64,000 bases of DNA from Octopus vulgaris (GCA_951406725.2 OX597843.1:12028001-12092000); one strand, 5' to 3'; positions 1 to 13,061 are shown, counted from the stretch's first letter. Numbers and translations: made by a program. The notes: generated by a model not told the origin, from the sequence alone.

Positions 1-174
1 CGAATGTGTATGTGTGTGTGTGTGTGTGTGCGTGCGTATGTGTGTGGTTGTGTGTACACTCGTGTGACTACTTGCATGTGTATGTGTACGTGTGTGTTAG
101 TGTGTGTAGCCATCCATGACTAGGTATGTGTATGTATAACTGTGTCTATATACGCACATAGATTTATATGCAAG

Positions 175-405
175 AGGCGGCGAGCTGGCAGAAGCGTTAG
201 CACGCCGGGCGAAATGCTTAGCAGTATTTCGTCTGCCGCTACGTTCTGAGTTCAAATTCCGCCGAGGTCGACTTTGCCTTTCATCCTCTCGTGGTCGATA
301 AATAAAGTACCAGTTTCGCACTGGGTCGATGTAATCGACTTAATCCGTTTGTCTGTCCTTGTTTGTCCCCTCTATGTTTAGCCCCTTGTGGGTAGCAAAA
401 GAAAT
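175..405 (+). mobile_element. tRNA-derived SINE, type 1 (Nin/Deu-like central motif)
   Basis: Head aggcggcgagctggcagaagcgttagc with B-box-like gagttcaaattcc. Central gcctttcatcct..ggtcgataaataaagtaccag, then 3' gtttagccccttgtgggtag. The same 3' part recurs at 53620-53680 and 59885-59992. Confidence 0.75.
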
Positions 406-433
406 ATATACCATGTATATATGTGAATAGAAG

Positions 434-570
434 CAGGCGTGACTGTGTTGTAAGCCGTTCCGGGTTCAGTCCAGCTGCGTGGCACTTTGAGCGGGTGTTT
501 CTACTATAGCCCTGGGTCGACTAAACCCTTGTGAGTAGATTTGGTTGACGGAATCTGAAAAAGCTCGTCA
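434..570 (+). mobile_element. Decayed 5' half of CORE-like SINE (type 2)
   Basis: gttccgggttcagtcc..ctgcgtggcac...ccttgtgagtagatttggttgacggaa matches the full-length copy at 55897-56358. Confidence 0.7.
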
Positions 571-668
571 TATATGTGTTTATCAATATTTAGCAGAAGC
601 AACAGAGTGACTCGAGGGGCGAGAGTTTCGTGTATTGACACTTGTCAAACTACACACAGACACACACA

Positions 669-710
<42 letters not shown>

Positions 711-717
711 TACATAT

Positions 718-985
718 GCATGAGTGGCCGTGTGGTAAGTAGCCTGCTTACCAACCACATGGTTCTGGGTTCAGCCCCATTGCGTGACGCCTTGGTCTTC
801 TACTAGAGCCTCAGGCCAACCAAAGCCTTGTGAGTGAATTTGGTAGACGGAAACTGTGTGTGTGTTTGTGTTTGTCCCCCCGATGGTGGCATGTATATAC
901 ATAATATTATTGGTCTTTCTTGCGAAATATATAGAATTACTTTAAAGAAGTGTTCGGGTCGAAACAAGTAAAAGAATAAAAAAAA
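718..985 (+). mobile_element. Decayed CORE-like SINE (type 2)
   Basis: gagtggccgtgtggtaagtagc...ttgtgagtgaatttggtagacggaaactg...gaaacaagtaaaaga tail. Confidence 0.75.
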
Positions 986-1074
986 AGAATATATATATAT
1001 ATATGTACATTTTTACTTTTATATACATATTTATATTTATTGCATATCTTTTACTTTTTTATATTTATATATAA

Positions 1075-2365
1075 CTAGCAGAGATACCCGGCGTTGCTCG
1101 ATCACATTCAATTGGAGAATTAGACTTTTCTGTTATATCTTCTGTGATGAACTGGAATATCTATGTTTCGAATTTCATCAAAATTGCAGATGAGGGTTAT
1201 TTCAATCTTTACACACCCTAAAAAATTGTAATCGTGCCACATGTATCCCATAATCCTGATTTTTATGCGCATATTCCAAAATTCCAGTCTTATTTAACTT
1301 GTTAAAAAGATTTTGTTCCTGAAAAATGAAGGTCATGGAGCTCTAAAATGTGAGAGTTAAGGCCCCTGTTGGGGGTGGGCATCTTAATGTCAACCAGAGA
1401 AGTTGAATTGTTGAAAATCTTTTTAACTTGGGTCTTATATCTATTGTTTGAATTTCTTTGAAATAGGAAATATATGTTCACTGGGTTTGTAAAAGAGAGC
1501 AAAGCTACAGGAAACCAAAAGACGAATGATCTCAATAAGCAGTCAGTTACCCTACCCTCGTCGTTACCACTCCTAATGTAGGATTCCTCACCATCCAGGT
1601 GACAGGCACAGCCGTAAGATGCATTACAAATCTATAGCAATTGGAAGGGCGTGACCCAACTGAAATCAACATTAACAACTGTTTGACGTGAGAGCTAAGG
1701 AGAAATGAAAGTGTCACTTCTGTAGTTTGCAAATGACCACTATACTGATACGTAACTGGACAGAATAAATTTAAAATCTATAAATGTCTTCGAATAACCA
1801 GTCACTCATCTGGGAAGGCCTTGAAATCAATGTTACCATCTGGGGACTATGTGTGACCGAGTGATAATAAAAAGACTGAAAGGAGGTCTGCAATCAAATA
1901 AATTTTACTCTACACTTTGCAACTGAATCAGTGGAGGCAAAGATGCCTCTCATTTACTTGACAATTTATGCAGTGTGTATGTCAAAGCAAACTGTTACAC
2001 TGTTGTACCATTGAATTACAAATAATGCTCATCTTTTATGCTCGGGTAACCCTACAGCTTCCAAGAGCACAACTGTATTCATTTTTGCTTAGATAAAATG
2101 ACAAAATTGTAGATGTTAAGTCCCCATGGAGGGGTCTTTCTAACTTTGTAAGATGAAATTTTATAGATATTACTTCATTTGTGTCTAATGTCTATGGTTA
2201 AAATTTCATCAACAGCAAAAATATATGAATTGGCATGGGCGTTATGGCCCTTATGCATAGAATATAATTTCCAAATTTCATAAAGATCCATTCAGTACTT
2301 TTGACCAAGTTTTGGATCATAAAAGAAATTACTAAAATTTGGGATTTATGGCTCCCATTAGGGTG

Positions 2366-2418
<53 letters not shown>
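1075..2418 (-). mobile_element. Non-autonomous Helitron-like element
   Basis: The + strand a|ctagcagagatacccggcgttgctcg reads on the minus strand as a degenerate 3' hairpin followed by CTAG|T, as at 44810, 47167 and 48771. The candidate 5' end TCTATATATA at 2418 lies in (TA)n, so that boundary is uncertain. Confidence 0.6.
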
Positions 2419-2504
2419 TACACACACACAAAGATAAATTGATAGATACAACTGAGTGGGCAAACAAAAATATGAGACACAGCCTAGTGCTTTTTTATGT
2501 TGAT

Positions 2505-2692
2505 AAGCCTAGTACTTACTCTATTAGTTTGTTCTTGTGAAACCAGTAAGTTATGTGGATGTAAATAAGTGAACAGCAGTTGTGAAGCAGTGATGAGGGC
2601 GAAACACAGAGACAAAGACACACACATACACTTACATATATACATACATATATATACGATTTATTTGTTACAGTTCCTGTCTACGAAATCCA
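2505..2692 (-). mobile_element. Decayed type-2 SINE remnant
   Basis: taagcctagtactta...aaacacagagac...cagttcctgtctacgaaatcca resembles the minus-strand SINE at 63302-63691. Confidence 0.55.
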
Positions 2693-2698
2693 TATATA

Positions 2699-5127
2699 TT
2701 GTTGTTGGCATCCTTTTTGTCTCAGGAGACAATGGAGTTGCGCATAAAATAATCTAGTCCGGCTTTTACATTTCATGTCCTAATACATCTCTTGCTGTGG
2801 CTGTGTAGTCCTATCCGGGACTCCTAGCAAGCTCTCCGTTGAGTATGTCCTTGGGGATTCTGCCATCTTCCATACGGCTAACATGTCCAAGCGATCTCAT
2901 ACGTCTTTGTGTGAAGAGTGCAAACATGCTTGGTATTCCTGCTTGCTTGAGGACATCTTTGTTAGGGACATGATTCTGCCATTTGATGCGATGGATTTTC
3001 CGGAGACAGCGCAAGTGAAAGATATTTAGGCGACGTATGGCGTCGTATGGCGTGTGTATGGCGTCAAAGTCATACAGTAGAGTGCTAAGTACACATGCCT
3101 GGTAAATCTTCATTTTTGTGGTCTTGGTCAGCTTATTGTTGTCCCATGCGCGTTTGGTGAGTTGGGCCATCACAGCAGCTGCCTTGCCAATGCGTATATT
3201 GAGCTCAGCATCAAGGGATAGGTTGTAGGTGACGGTAGAGCCAAGATAGGTAAACTTCTCCACCTCCTATACTCTGTGGTCTCCAATATGTATGTTTGGG
3301 ATGTCCGATGTAGCCTGACCCATGATGTTGGTCTTCTTGAGGCTGATAACTAAGCCAAAGTTGCCAAATGCTTGCTCAAAACAGTTGCTGAGCCTTCGTA
3401 GGGCTTCTTCTGTGTGTGATACCAGAGCTGCATCATCAGCAAATAGCATCTCCTTGATCAGGATGCTTCTGAAATTTTGGTCTTGGCACGCAGACGCGAG
3501 AGATTGAACAGTTCCCCATCACTTCTACTGTGCAGAAACACTCCATCATCTGATGTCTCAAAGGCATGTGACAGCAGCAGCGAGAAGAAGATGCCAAATA
3601 ATGTAGGAGCAAAGACACAACCTTGCTCTACCCCATTTTTTATTTGGAAGGCGGCTGATGTTGAACCATTGTGCTGTATGGTGCCTTGCATATTAGCATG
3701 GAATGATTTGATGATCCTCAGCAGCTTTGGTGGACATCCGATTTTTTGGAGCAGGATGAAGAGGCCTTTTCTACTTACCAAGTCAAAGCCCTTTGTCAGA
3801 TCAATGAAGGCCATATATAATGGCATGTTCTGCTCTCTGGACTTCTGAAGTTGGCGTACGGAGAATATCATGTCAATAGTTGATCTGCTTCTAAAGCCAC
3901 ACTGCGATTCTGGATAAATTCGAGAAGCAATTAGTTGCAGCCTGGACAGGATAATGCGAGCAGAGGCCTTTCCAACTGTGCTTAGAAGAGATATTCCACG
4001 GTAATTGTTACAATCATCACGGTCACTTTTACTTTTGTAAAGCGTAATGATGTTAGCATCCCGCATATTCTGAGGGACTGTACCCTCTTACCAGCACTGA
4101 CACAGAAGCTCATGAATGTGCCGAAGCAGGATGGTATTTTTGCCGGTTTTGATGATCTCTAAGGGGATGCCGTCTTTCCCCGGAGCCTTGTTACTTGCTA
4201 GGGAGTCAATAGATTTGGTGAGCTCTGCTATAGATGGCAGACTGTCAAGTTCACACATGACTGGCAAGATCTTGACACCCTCGATTGCAGCCTCAGCTAC
4301 CTCTCGTGTGTAGGGATCCTGGTAGTACTCCATCCATGTATCCATTTGCTTGCTTTGGTCCTTGATGAGATCTCCAGTAGTTGATTTCAGAGGGGCTGAG
4401 GTGGTTGCGGATGGACCGAAGGCCTTCTTCAAACCGGCATACATCCCACGGGTGTCACCACTGTCAGCAGCTGACTGGATACTCTGACAGATTTCCTGTC
4501 AATACCCATTTGCACAGCGTCTGGCAGTGAGTTGGGTTTTATTTCTTGCCTTTCTGAGTTCTTCGAGTGACTTCGTAGAAGAAACACTTTTGTATTGCAT
4601 CAGAGCTGCACGCTTTGCTTCGATAACTGTTTCCAGCTCTGAGAGCCCAGCACTGAACAAAATCTGGGTTTTACCTTTCTCTCATTCCGAAAGTATCTAT
4701 TGATGTGGTATACAAAGCTTCCCTGATATAATTCCACCTACATTCAGCAGAGGAGGTTGGGCAGCTACTGAGGGCAACCTTGATAGAAACAGCAAAACAT
4801 TGTCGCAGTGTAGGGTCCGAGGTTCTGGCAGTGTTAACGCGTGGTTGGCTCATTTTCTTGGAGTGATGGACTTTTTAGGCAGAATCCTCACCCTTCTTAT
4901 TAGTGAATGATCTGTGTCACAATCCGCGCTACGGGTCAGTTGAACAGAATTCAGAAAGGATCTTCGTGTAATGATGAGATCCAACTGATGCCAGTGGTGA
5001 GATCTTGGATGTCTCCAAGATGCCTTGTGGGATGTCTTGTTGGGAAAGAATGTGTTGGTGATGCACAGGTTATGGTATGTGCAAAATTCAAGTAGTCTCT
5101 GGCCATTGTCATTCATGTTGCCAATAC
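2699..5127 (-). mobile_element. 5'-truncated, frameshifted RTE-clade LINE (end of APE endonuclease plus reverse transcriptase)
   Basis: ORF fragments: NDNGQRLLEFC..NTFF..WRHPRSHHWHQLDLII..DTDH (APE); NYRGISLLS..GK, PESQCGFR, FIDLTKGFD, GVEQGCVFAPTLF, LFADD (RT); FTYLGS..RIGKA..GHVSRMEDGRIPK. 3' (CAA)n-type tail at ~2699-2708. Confidence 0.95.
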
Positions 5128-5316
5128 TAAAACACATACACTTACATATATACATATATATATACGATTGATTTGTTTCAGTTCCTGTCCACGAAATCAA
5201 TATATATATATATATATATGTATGTACACACACACACACACAAAGATAAATTGATAGATACAACTGAGTGGGCAAACAAAAATGTGAGACACTGCGTACA
5301 GCTTTTTAAAATTTTG

Positions 5317-5590
5317 ATAAGCCTGGTACTTATTCTATCAGTTTCTTCTTGTGAAACCAGTATGTTATGGGGATGTAAATAAACGAACACCAGTTGTGAA
5401 GCAGTGATGAGGGATAAACACACAGACTTACATACATACATAGATATATATACGATTGATTTCTTTCAGTTTCTGTCTACAAAATCCACTGACAAGGCTT
5501 TGGTTGGTCTCAGGCTATAGTAGAAGACACATGCCAAGTTACCACACAGTGGGGCTGAACTGAGAACCATGTGTTTTGGAACCATAAGAA
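5317..5590 (-). mobile_element. Decayed type-2 SINE
   Basis: tttcagtttctgtctacaaaatccact..caaggctttgg..ggctatagtagaagacac..cagtggggctgaac is the reverse complement of the SINE head and core. Confidence 0.7.
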
Positions 5591-5949
5591 TACTTATGCA
5601 AAAATCTAAAATCTTAAATAATTTCTTTGTTATTGTAGTATATATCAGTAAAAAATGGAATATTCCCAAAATTGCATGATTAACTTAAATGATTTTCATT
5701 TCTTATTTAAACGTGGTAATTCTCTTGAAAAAAATCATTGTGAACCCGATAGGATGTGGGTAGTAATAAAATCAACTGAATACTCGTCATGTAGTGCCTT
5801 ACTGCTTTCTGCTGGATTTTACCTCGAGAAAGGAACCCTGAGGAAGGAGGGCTGAATTTCGAATACTTCGTACAACAAACGGCTGCAGGTTAGGAAAAAT
5901 TTTTAATCGCCTCTTTCAATTTAGGTTTTTATTTTTCATGTTTATTATA

Positions 5950-6516
5950 TTGGGTTGTCCGGAAAGTTCGTTCCGATTTTTAAAGGAAAGTACATGGTCA
6001 CTAAATACTTGCCATTACATTTTTAATGAACCAAATCTGAACCATTTCGTTGCACAATACGTCTCCATCTTACATTTACCTTAAAAATACCCTCTTCCCA
6101 GAATTGGGGTGGTTTCAAGGCAAATAATTCATCAAGGTATCTTTTTACGTCATCTAAGGAATTGAAATTTTCACCATTAAGACTATTCTGCAGAGACCTG
6201 AATAAGTGGAAATCCGAAGGAGTAATATCTGGTAAATATGGAGGGTGGGGTAAGTCACCCCAGCCAAGCTGCAGCAATTTTTATCTGGTTCCCAAAGCAT
6301 CAAATGCCGATAATGAATTTTTCTCATCTTTTAATTTAAAGGGTTACAGAATTAACACAGGTTATTGGAACATAAACCTTCTTCCACGAAAAGATAGATT
6401 AAACTGTGCTCCAAATGGAGGTGTAGTCAAATCCTATTTTATGGACTCAAACATGTTCTAAAATAAGTCGAAAGATAAGCTACTATAAATCTGCAAGAAC
6501 TTTCCGGACAACCCAA
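5950..6516 (-). mobile_element. Internally deleted mariner element with TIRs and TA target duplication
   Basis: TA|ttgggttgtccggaaagttc ... gaactttccggacaacccaa|TA. ORF 6023-6277 contains LPHPPYLPDITPSDFHLFRSLQN, the mariner YSPDLAPSD-type motif. Confidence 0.9.
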
Positions 6517-6915
6517 TATTTCTATATTTTTATCATGAAATTTTTAATATAAATATGTGGATATTCGTATGAAATAATACCTCATGTGCTACATCTGAAT
6601 TTTCTTGTCTGAATGTTTTAAGACAAATATCCGAAATTTTTATCGTATACCACATTTTATTAATACTTAGCTCATATACGGAGACAAAAATGTTGTACTA
6701 TATACTGCAGGTTATCTCCATTAAAATTATATTTAGTATTAGAATTCTTCAAGTTGTATAAAAATGGTTATTGTCTGCATCATTCGAAAGCGAAATAAAT
6801 TTTGCATAAGGTGTAAAAGATAAAAATAATTTGTATGGTGTTAGTAACAAAATATTTTGTAAGAAATAGAACTTTTATCGTCTGTCTTAAATATATTTTC
6901 GCCAGTGTATATATC

Positions 6916-9440
6916 TCAGGTCATCCCATAAGTTCTGTCTGAATTTTGGATAAAGAATACAAGTGATCAAATGTTATATTTAATTGAAAGTTAATCATCA
7001 ATGTACTTTCCATAATTATCTATGACTTACCTCCATCTATTTACAAGCTTTTTAATCCCATCAACGTAAAACTCTTTTGGTTTGAAAGCGAAGAACTCTG
7101 AAATGTCAGGTTCGACCTCCCCCTGGCTTGCGAAAGTTGTATCCCCCTACTAATTCTGTAAACTATGAAACAAATGGTATCCTGAAGGAGTAAGGTCAGG
7201 AGAATAAGTTGGATGAAGAAATTTTTCCAAACCGACCCCTTCGATCTTCTGTGATGTGATCTTTGCAGTGTGGGGTTGCGCATTGTCCTGATGAAACATC
7301 ACTCGTTTTCGACTCACTAAAGCGGCTCTTTTTTCCTTCAAAGCTTGGTTCAAACGCTCTCATTGCTGACAGTAGACTTGAGCATTGATTGTTGCATTAG
7401 GTGGTAACAATATAAAGTGAATTACGCCTTTGCAATCGCACCAGATAGAGAGTAGAACCTTTTTCCCATGAAGTTCCCTTCTCGGTTGTGGTTGAGAATT
7501 TTCCCTTTTACCAAGCCACTGTTTACGATGTCTAACATTTCGATAGAAAATCCATTTTTCATCACAAGTCTATCGAAAAAGGGTGAAATGAGTTTGCGAG
7601 AATGGAGAGAAGAGCAGATGCCAACTCGGGATTTGCAGTTGCTTTCGGACAATACCTATTTTCCAAGTTTAGGAATCTTTCCACGTTGTTGTAGATGACG
7701 ATGAACTGTTGTATGGTTTGAAGTAAGCTTTATTGCCAATTCTTCAACTGATAATGACGGATTTTCTTCAAGTAATGCCTCAAGGAGCTTGTCAAACTCA
7801 ACTGGACATCCTGTTCGATATTCATCTTCAATTTTGCAGACGATCTCCTGCAAGTTCTTTCATTCGAGCACTTTACCATAAACTGAGTGTATGTTTCGAG
7901 TCACTTCGGCAGCAGAGTTACCTTTATTGTACTCATAAAGAATTATATGTGCCTTAAATGCTCCTTGGATACTTCCATGTTGAAAGGGGTTTTAATCAAA
8001 GCAATTTTAGGGTGTCCACGAAGTCTGGGTTTATGGAATAAAATCATAACATAAGAAATAATAATTTTCCTTTTTTACTTTTGTTTAAATTAAATAAAAA
8101 AAATACTTTACATTTCTAAATTTATTTGTTATTTTTTCTACAGATGATCGAATGATGGCTCTGTCTAAAGAAGAAAGAATCAAGTTAGTATTATTAAGTG
8201 GACGAGAGGGATGGTCTTATCGCAAAATTGCGGAAGAATTTAATCTTCCACACCCTTGTAGGCAACCTATTTATTTTACTGCCGTCAGGAAATTGATCAA
8301 GACATTCAAAGAAACAGGCAGTGTTTCGGATAAACCCCGTTCCGGGCGACCAAAGACTTCAGATGAAACTAAAGAGGCTGTCGAGGCTAAAGTTTCTGCT
8401 AGCTAGCCCCAAAAAATCACTTCGTCGGACATCTACGGTGTTAGGTGTTCCAAAACCAACCATCCACAAAATGCTGGTTGAGGAAAAGTTTCATCGATAC
8501 AACCTACAGATATTGCATCACTTAAATGAAGACGATCCTGATAGACGAATGTAGACGTGCGAATGGTTTTCAGATAAATTGGATGAAAATATCAATTTTA
8601 CGAAAAACTTTGTGTTGTTCAGTGACAAAGCTACGTTTTATGTAAATGGTGAGGTCAACAGACAGAATCTTATATACTGGTCTCGAGGTAATCCACATTA
8701 GATGGATCTATCCAAACAGCAAAAAGGTGATGGTGTGGTGTGGTTTTTGGAAAGCTCATGTTCTAGGACCCTTCATCATTGAACATGTAACGGATGAGAC
8801 TTATGCAAATATATTGAGAGACAAATTAATATCTTAAATTGAGCGCCTAGGCGAAAGCCTTCCGAATTGGTTTCAGCAGGATGGGGGCCCCTACCCATTT
8901 TGCCACAACTGTTAGAGATTGATTTAATGACATTTTCCTCCTCACTAGATTGGAAGAAGGGGTCATATGGAATGGTCCCCTCGTTCACCAGACCTTTCTC
9001 CCCTTGATTTCTTTTTCTGGGGTATGTTGAAAGAGAAAGTTTACTCAATAAAGATTACAGATTTAAAACACACGAGAGAACGCATTACCAGTCAGTGTGC
9101 TTAAATTGATGGCAATGTAGACTTATTTAATCAAGTTCACCTGAATTTTGCAAGGCGCATCAAGTTATGCATTGAAAATGATGGAAATCACTTTGAAAAT
9201 ATTATTTATTAACATTATAATTAAATAATATTGTTTTGTTTTAAAAGTATGTGTTAATTCCCATGTACGCAGACTTTGTGGACACCGTCTATTATTTTGT
9301 AAAACAATATTGAATTCGTTTAAACGTACACAAATGCATAAAAATAATTTTTAATTGAATTAGACATTTGCAAATACTATTAAATTTCATTCAACTCTAA
9401 AAAGCAGGTAAAATTGGACAGAACTGGCTGGATGACTTGA
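6916..9440 (-). mobile_element. Decayed mariner transposon interrupted by a nested DD41D element
   Basis: Imperfect TIRs tcaggtcatcccataagttctgtc / gacagaactggctggatgacttga. Transposase pieces: MEVSKEHLRHI from ~7978, LEENPSLSVEELA..VHRHLQQRGK, FHQDNAQPH..YSPDLTPSGYHLFHSLQN. Confidence 0.88.
8008..9291 (+). mobile_element. Tc1/mariner-superfamily DD41D (rosa-type) transposon, pseudogenised
   Basis: TIRs ggtgtccacgaagtctg / cagactttgtggacacc. Transposase motifs FKETGSVSDKPRSGRP, FSDKATF, KVMVWCG, WFQQDG, WSPRSPDLSPLDFFFWG. Confidence 0.88.
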
Positions 9441-9915
9441 TATATATAATCTATGATATTCTAGTAAGTTTCAAGTTTATAACACCTTGATATCTCATGT
9501 TATCTCATTTTATATGCCTAAGACGTTTATTTTCTATTCTAGTTTTTATATATTTCTATACATTATATTTGTATATATAATTTATTTTAAGCCGAAACAT
9601 AATACGATCCTTGTACGAACGAAAGAACAAGAATGTTCTCTGGAACGTTTATCTTCCACCGGCGTTTGTAATCGATGGTGACATGTGCGATGATTTTGCG
9701 ACTATCTTATATTTTACAGAGAAATTGGAAGCCCCGAATGTAAGTCAGCGCTTTATGCATAAATCAATATTCATAGTTCTCTATTTCCAACAGAAATTCT
9801 GTCCTCAATAACTATAGATCTATTTCTAAATGTATTTCTTTTTCTTTTCCTTCATGCACTCCCGTCTGTCTCTTGACAAAGCTTTCTTTCACCAGCGTTC
9901 ACCACGTCACGGTTA

Positions 9916-10015
9916 NNNNNNNNNNNNNNNNNNNNNNNNNNNNNNNNNNNNNNNNNNNNNNNNNNNNNNNNNNNNNNNNNNNNNNNNNNNNNNNNNNNNN
10001 NNNNNNNNNNNNNNN
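9916..10015. other. Assembly gap (100 N)
   Basis: Exactly 100 n, a typical scaffolding placeholder. Confidence 0.99.
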
Positions 10016-10480
10016 GGGAGGGTCATTATGCCAATAACGATATGGTTACACATCTGACCAACTTCATAATCGATCGTTTGTTTAACGTGCTGGTTAAACA
10101 ATCAAGGTTTTATTTCTTCGTGAAAGTCCGTTCGTCGCTATTTTTCGCGACCTTTTCAATAGCTTGTCCTTTCTCTTCAACGTCTGCTCTGAATTTGGCC
10201 GCGAATTAATCTTATGTCTGCGTGCAAGCATGCCTTTCTATGTGTGTGTAGATGTGTGTTTGTTTAGAAGAATAAGGGTGAGAGGAAAGGAGATTATGTG
10301 CGTGCGTGCGAATGTGTATGTGTGTGTGTGTGTGTGCGTGCGTATGTGTGTGGTTGTGTGTACACTCGTGTGACTACTTGCATGTGTATGTGTACGTGTG
10401 TGTTAGTGTGTGTAGCCATCCATGACTAGGTATGTGTATGTATAACTGTGTCTATATACGCACATAGATTTATATGCAAG

Positions 10481-10711
10481 AGGCGGCGAGCTGGCAGAAG
10501 CGTTAGCACGCCGGGCGAAATGCTTAGCAATATTTCGTCTGCCGCTACGTTCTGTGTTCAAATTCCGCCGAGGTCGACTTTGCCTTTCATCCTCTCGGGG
10601 TCGATAAATAAAGTACCAGTTTCGCACTGGGTCGATGTAATCGACTTAATCCGTTTGTCTGTCCTTGTTTGTCCCCTCTATGTTTAGCCCCTTGTGGGTA
10701 GCAAAAGAAAT
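10481..10711 (+). mobile_element. tRNA-derived SINE type 1 (copy B)
   Basis: Duplicate of 175-405. Confidence 0.75.
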
Positions 10712-10965
10712 ATATACCATGTATATATGTGAATAGAAGCAGGCGTGACTGTGTTGTAAGCCGTTCCGGGTTCAGTCCAGCTGCGTGGCACTTTGAGCGG
10801 GTGTTTCTACTATAGCCCTGGGTCGACTAAACCCTTGTGAGTAGATTTGGTTGACGGAATCTGAAAAAGCTCGTCATATATGTGTTTATCAATATTTAGC
10901 AGAAGCAACAGAGTGACTCGAGGGGCGAGAGTTTCGTGTATTGACACTTGTCAAACTACACACAG

Positions 10966-11064
<99 letters not shown>

Positions 11065-11067
11065 TAT

Positions 11068-11335
11068 GCATGAGTGGCCGTGTGGTAAGTAGCCTGCTTA
11101 CCAACCACATGGTTCTGGGTTCAGCCCCATTGCGTGACGCCTTGGTCTTCTACTAGAGCCTCAGGCCAACCAAAGCCTTGTGAGTGAATTTGGTAGACGG
11201 AAACTGTGTGTGTGTTTGTGTTTGTCCCCCCGATGGTGGCATGTATATACATAATATTATTGGTCTTTCTTGCGAAATATATAGAATTACTTAAAGAAGT
11301 GTTCGGGTCGAAACAAGTAAAAGAATAAAAAAAAG
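11068..11335 (+). mobile_element. Decayed type-2 SINE (copy B), preceded by an expanded (CA)n
   Basis: Duplicate of 718-985. The (CA)n at ~10960-11060 is longer than in copy A. Confidence 0.7.
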
Positions 11336-11424
11336 AATATATATATATATATATGTACATTTTTACTTTTATATACATATTTATATTTATTGCATATCTT
11401 TTACTTTTTTATATTTATATATAA

Positions 11425-12739
11425 CTAGCAGAGATACCCGGCGTTGCTCGATTACATTCAATTGGAGAATTAGACTTTTCTGTTATATCTTCTGTGATGA
11501 ACTGGAATATCTATGTTTCGAATTTCATCAAAATTGCAGATGAGGGTTATTTCAATCTTTACACACCCTAAAAAATTGTAATCGTGCCACATGTATCCCA
11601 TAATCCTGATTTTTATGCGCATATTCCAAAATTCCAGTCTTATTTAACTTGTTAAAAAGATTTTGTTCCTGAAAAATGAAGGTCATGGAGCTCTAAAATG
11701 TGAGAACTAAGGCCCCTGTTGGGGGTGGGCATCTTAATGTCAACAAGAGAAGTTGAATTGTTGAAAATCTTTTTAACTTGGGTCTTATATCTATTGTTTG
11801 AATTTCTTTGAAATAGGAAATATATGTTCACTGGGTTTGTAAAAGAGAGCAAAGCTACAGGAAACCAAAAGACGAATGATCACAATAAGCAGTCAGTTAC
11901 CCTACCCTAGTCGTTACCACTCCTAATGTAGGATTCCTCACCATCCAGGTGACATGCACAGCCGTAAGATGCATTACGAATCTATAGCAATTGGAAGGGC
12001 GTGACCCAACTGAAATCAACATTAACAACTGTTTGACGTGAGAGCTAAGGAGAAATGAAAGTGTCACTTCTGTAGTTTGCAAATGACCACTATACTGATA
12101 CGTAACTGGACAGAATAAATTTAAAATCTATAAATGTCTTCGAATAACCAGTCACTCATCTGGGAAGGCCTTGAAATCAATGTTACCATCTGGGGACTAT
12201 GTGTGACCGAGTGATAATAAAAAGACTGAAAGGAGGTCTGCAATCAAATAAATTTTACTCTACACTTTGCAACTGAATCAGTGGAGGCAAGGATGCCTCT
12301 CATTTACTTGACAATTTATGCACCACATTGCAGAAATCACAATGTAAGTGTATGTCAAAGCAAACTGTTACACTGTTGTACCATTGAATTACAAATAATG
12401 CTCATCTTTTATGCTCGGGTAACCCTACAGCTTCCAAGAGCACAACTGTATTCATTTTTGCTTAGATAAAATGACAAAATTGTAGATGTTAAGTCCCCAT
12501 GGAGGGGTCTTTCTAACTTTGTAAGATGAAATTTTATAGATATTACTTCATTTGTGTCTAATGTCTATGGTTAAAATTTCATCAACAGCAAAAATATATG
12601 AATTGGCATGGGCGTTATGGCCCTTATGCATAGAATATAATTTCCAAATTTCATAAAGATCCATTCAGTACTTTTGACCAAGTTTTGGATCATAAAAGAA
12701 ATTACTAAAATTTGGGATTTATGGCTCCCATTAGGGTGT

Positions 12740-12780
<41 letters not shown>
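11425..12780 (-). mobile_element. Non-autonomous Helitron-like element (copy B)
   Basis: a|ctagcagagatacccggcgttgctcg at 11425; duplicate of 1075-2418. Confidence 0.6.
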
Positions 12781-12783
<3 letters not shown>

Positions 12784-13061
12784 CACACACACAAAGATAA
12801 ATTGATAGATACAACTGAGTGGGCAAACAAAAATATGAGACACAGCCTAGTGCTTTTTTATGTTGATAAGCCTAGTACTTACTCTATTAGTTTGTTCTTG
12901 TGAAACCAGTAAGTTATGTGGATGTAAATAAGTGAACAGCAGTTGTGAAGCAGTGATGAGGGCGAAACACAGAGACAAAGACACACACATACACTTACAT
13001 ATATACATACATATATATACGATTTATTTGTTACAGTTCCTGTCTACGAAATCCATATATA

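Larger units (their letters stand above)
1..9915 (+). repeat. Copy A of a ~10 kb direct duplication (truncated by window start and by the gap)
   Basis: Colinear with 10309-20407: position 1 'cgaatgtgtatg' = 10309, and 'ccacgtcacggtta' ends at 9915 and 20407. ORFs recur at a ~10.3-10.5 kb offset with scattered SNPs and indels. Confidence 0.97.

Noticed and set aside
3477-4313. Plus-strand ORFs over the RTE
   Set aside because: Antisense shadows of the LINE reading frame.
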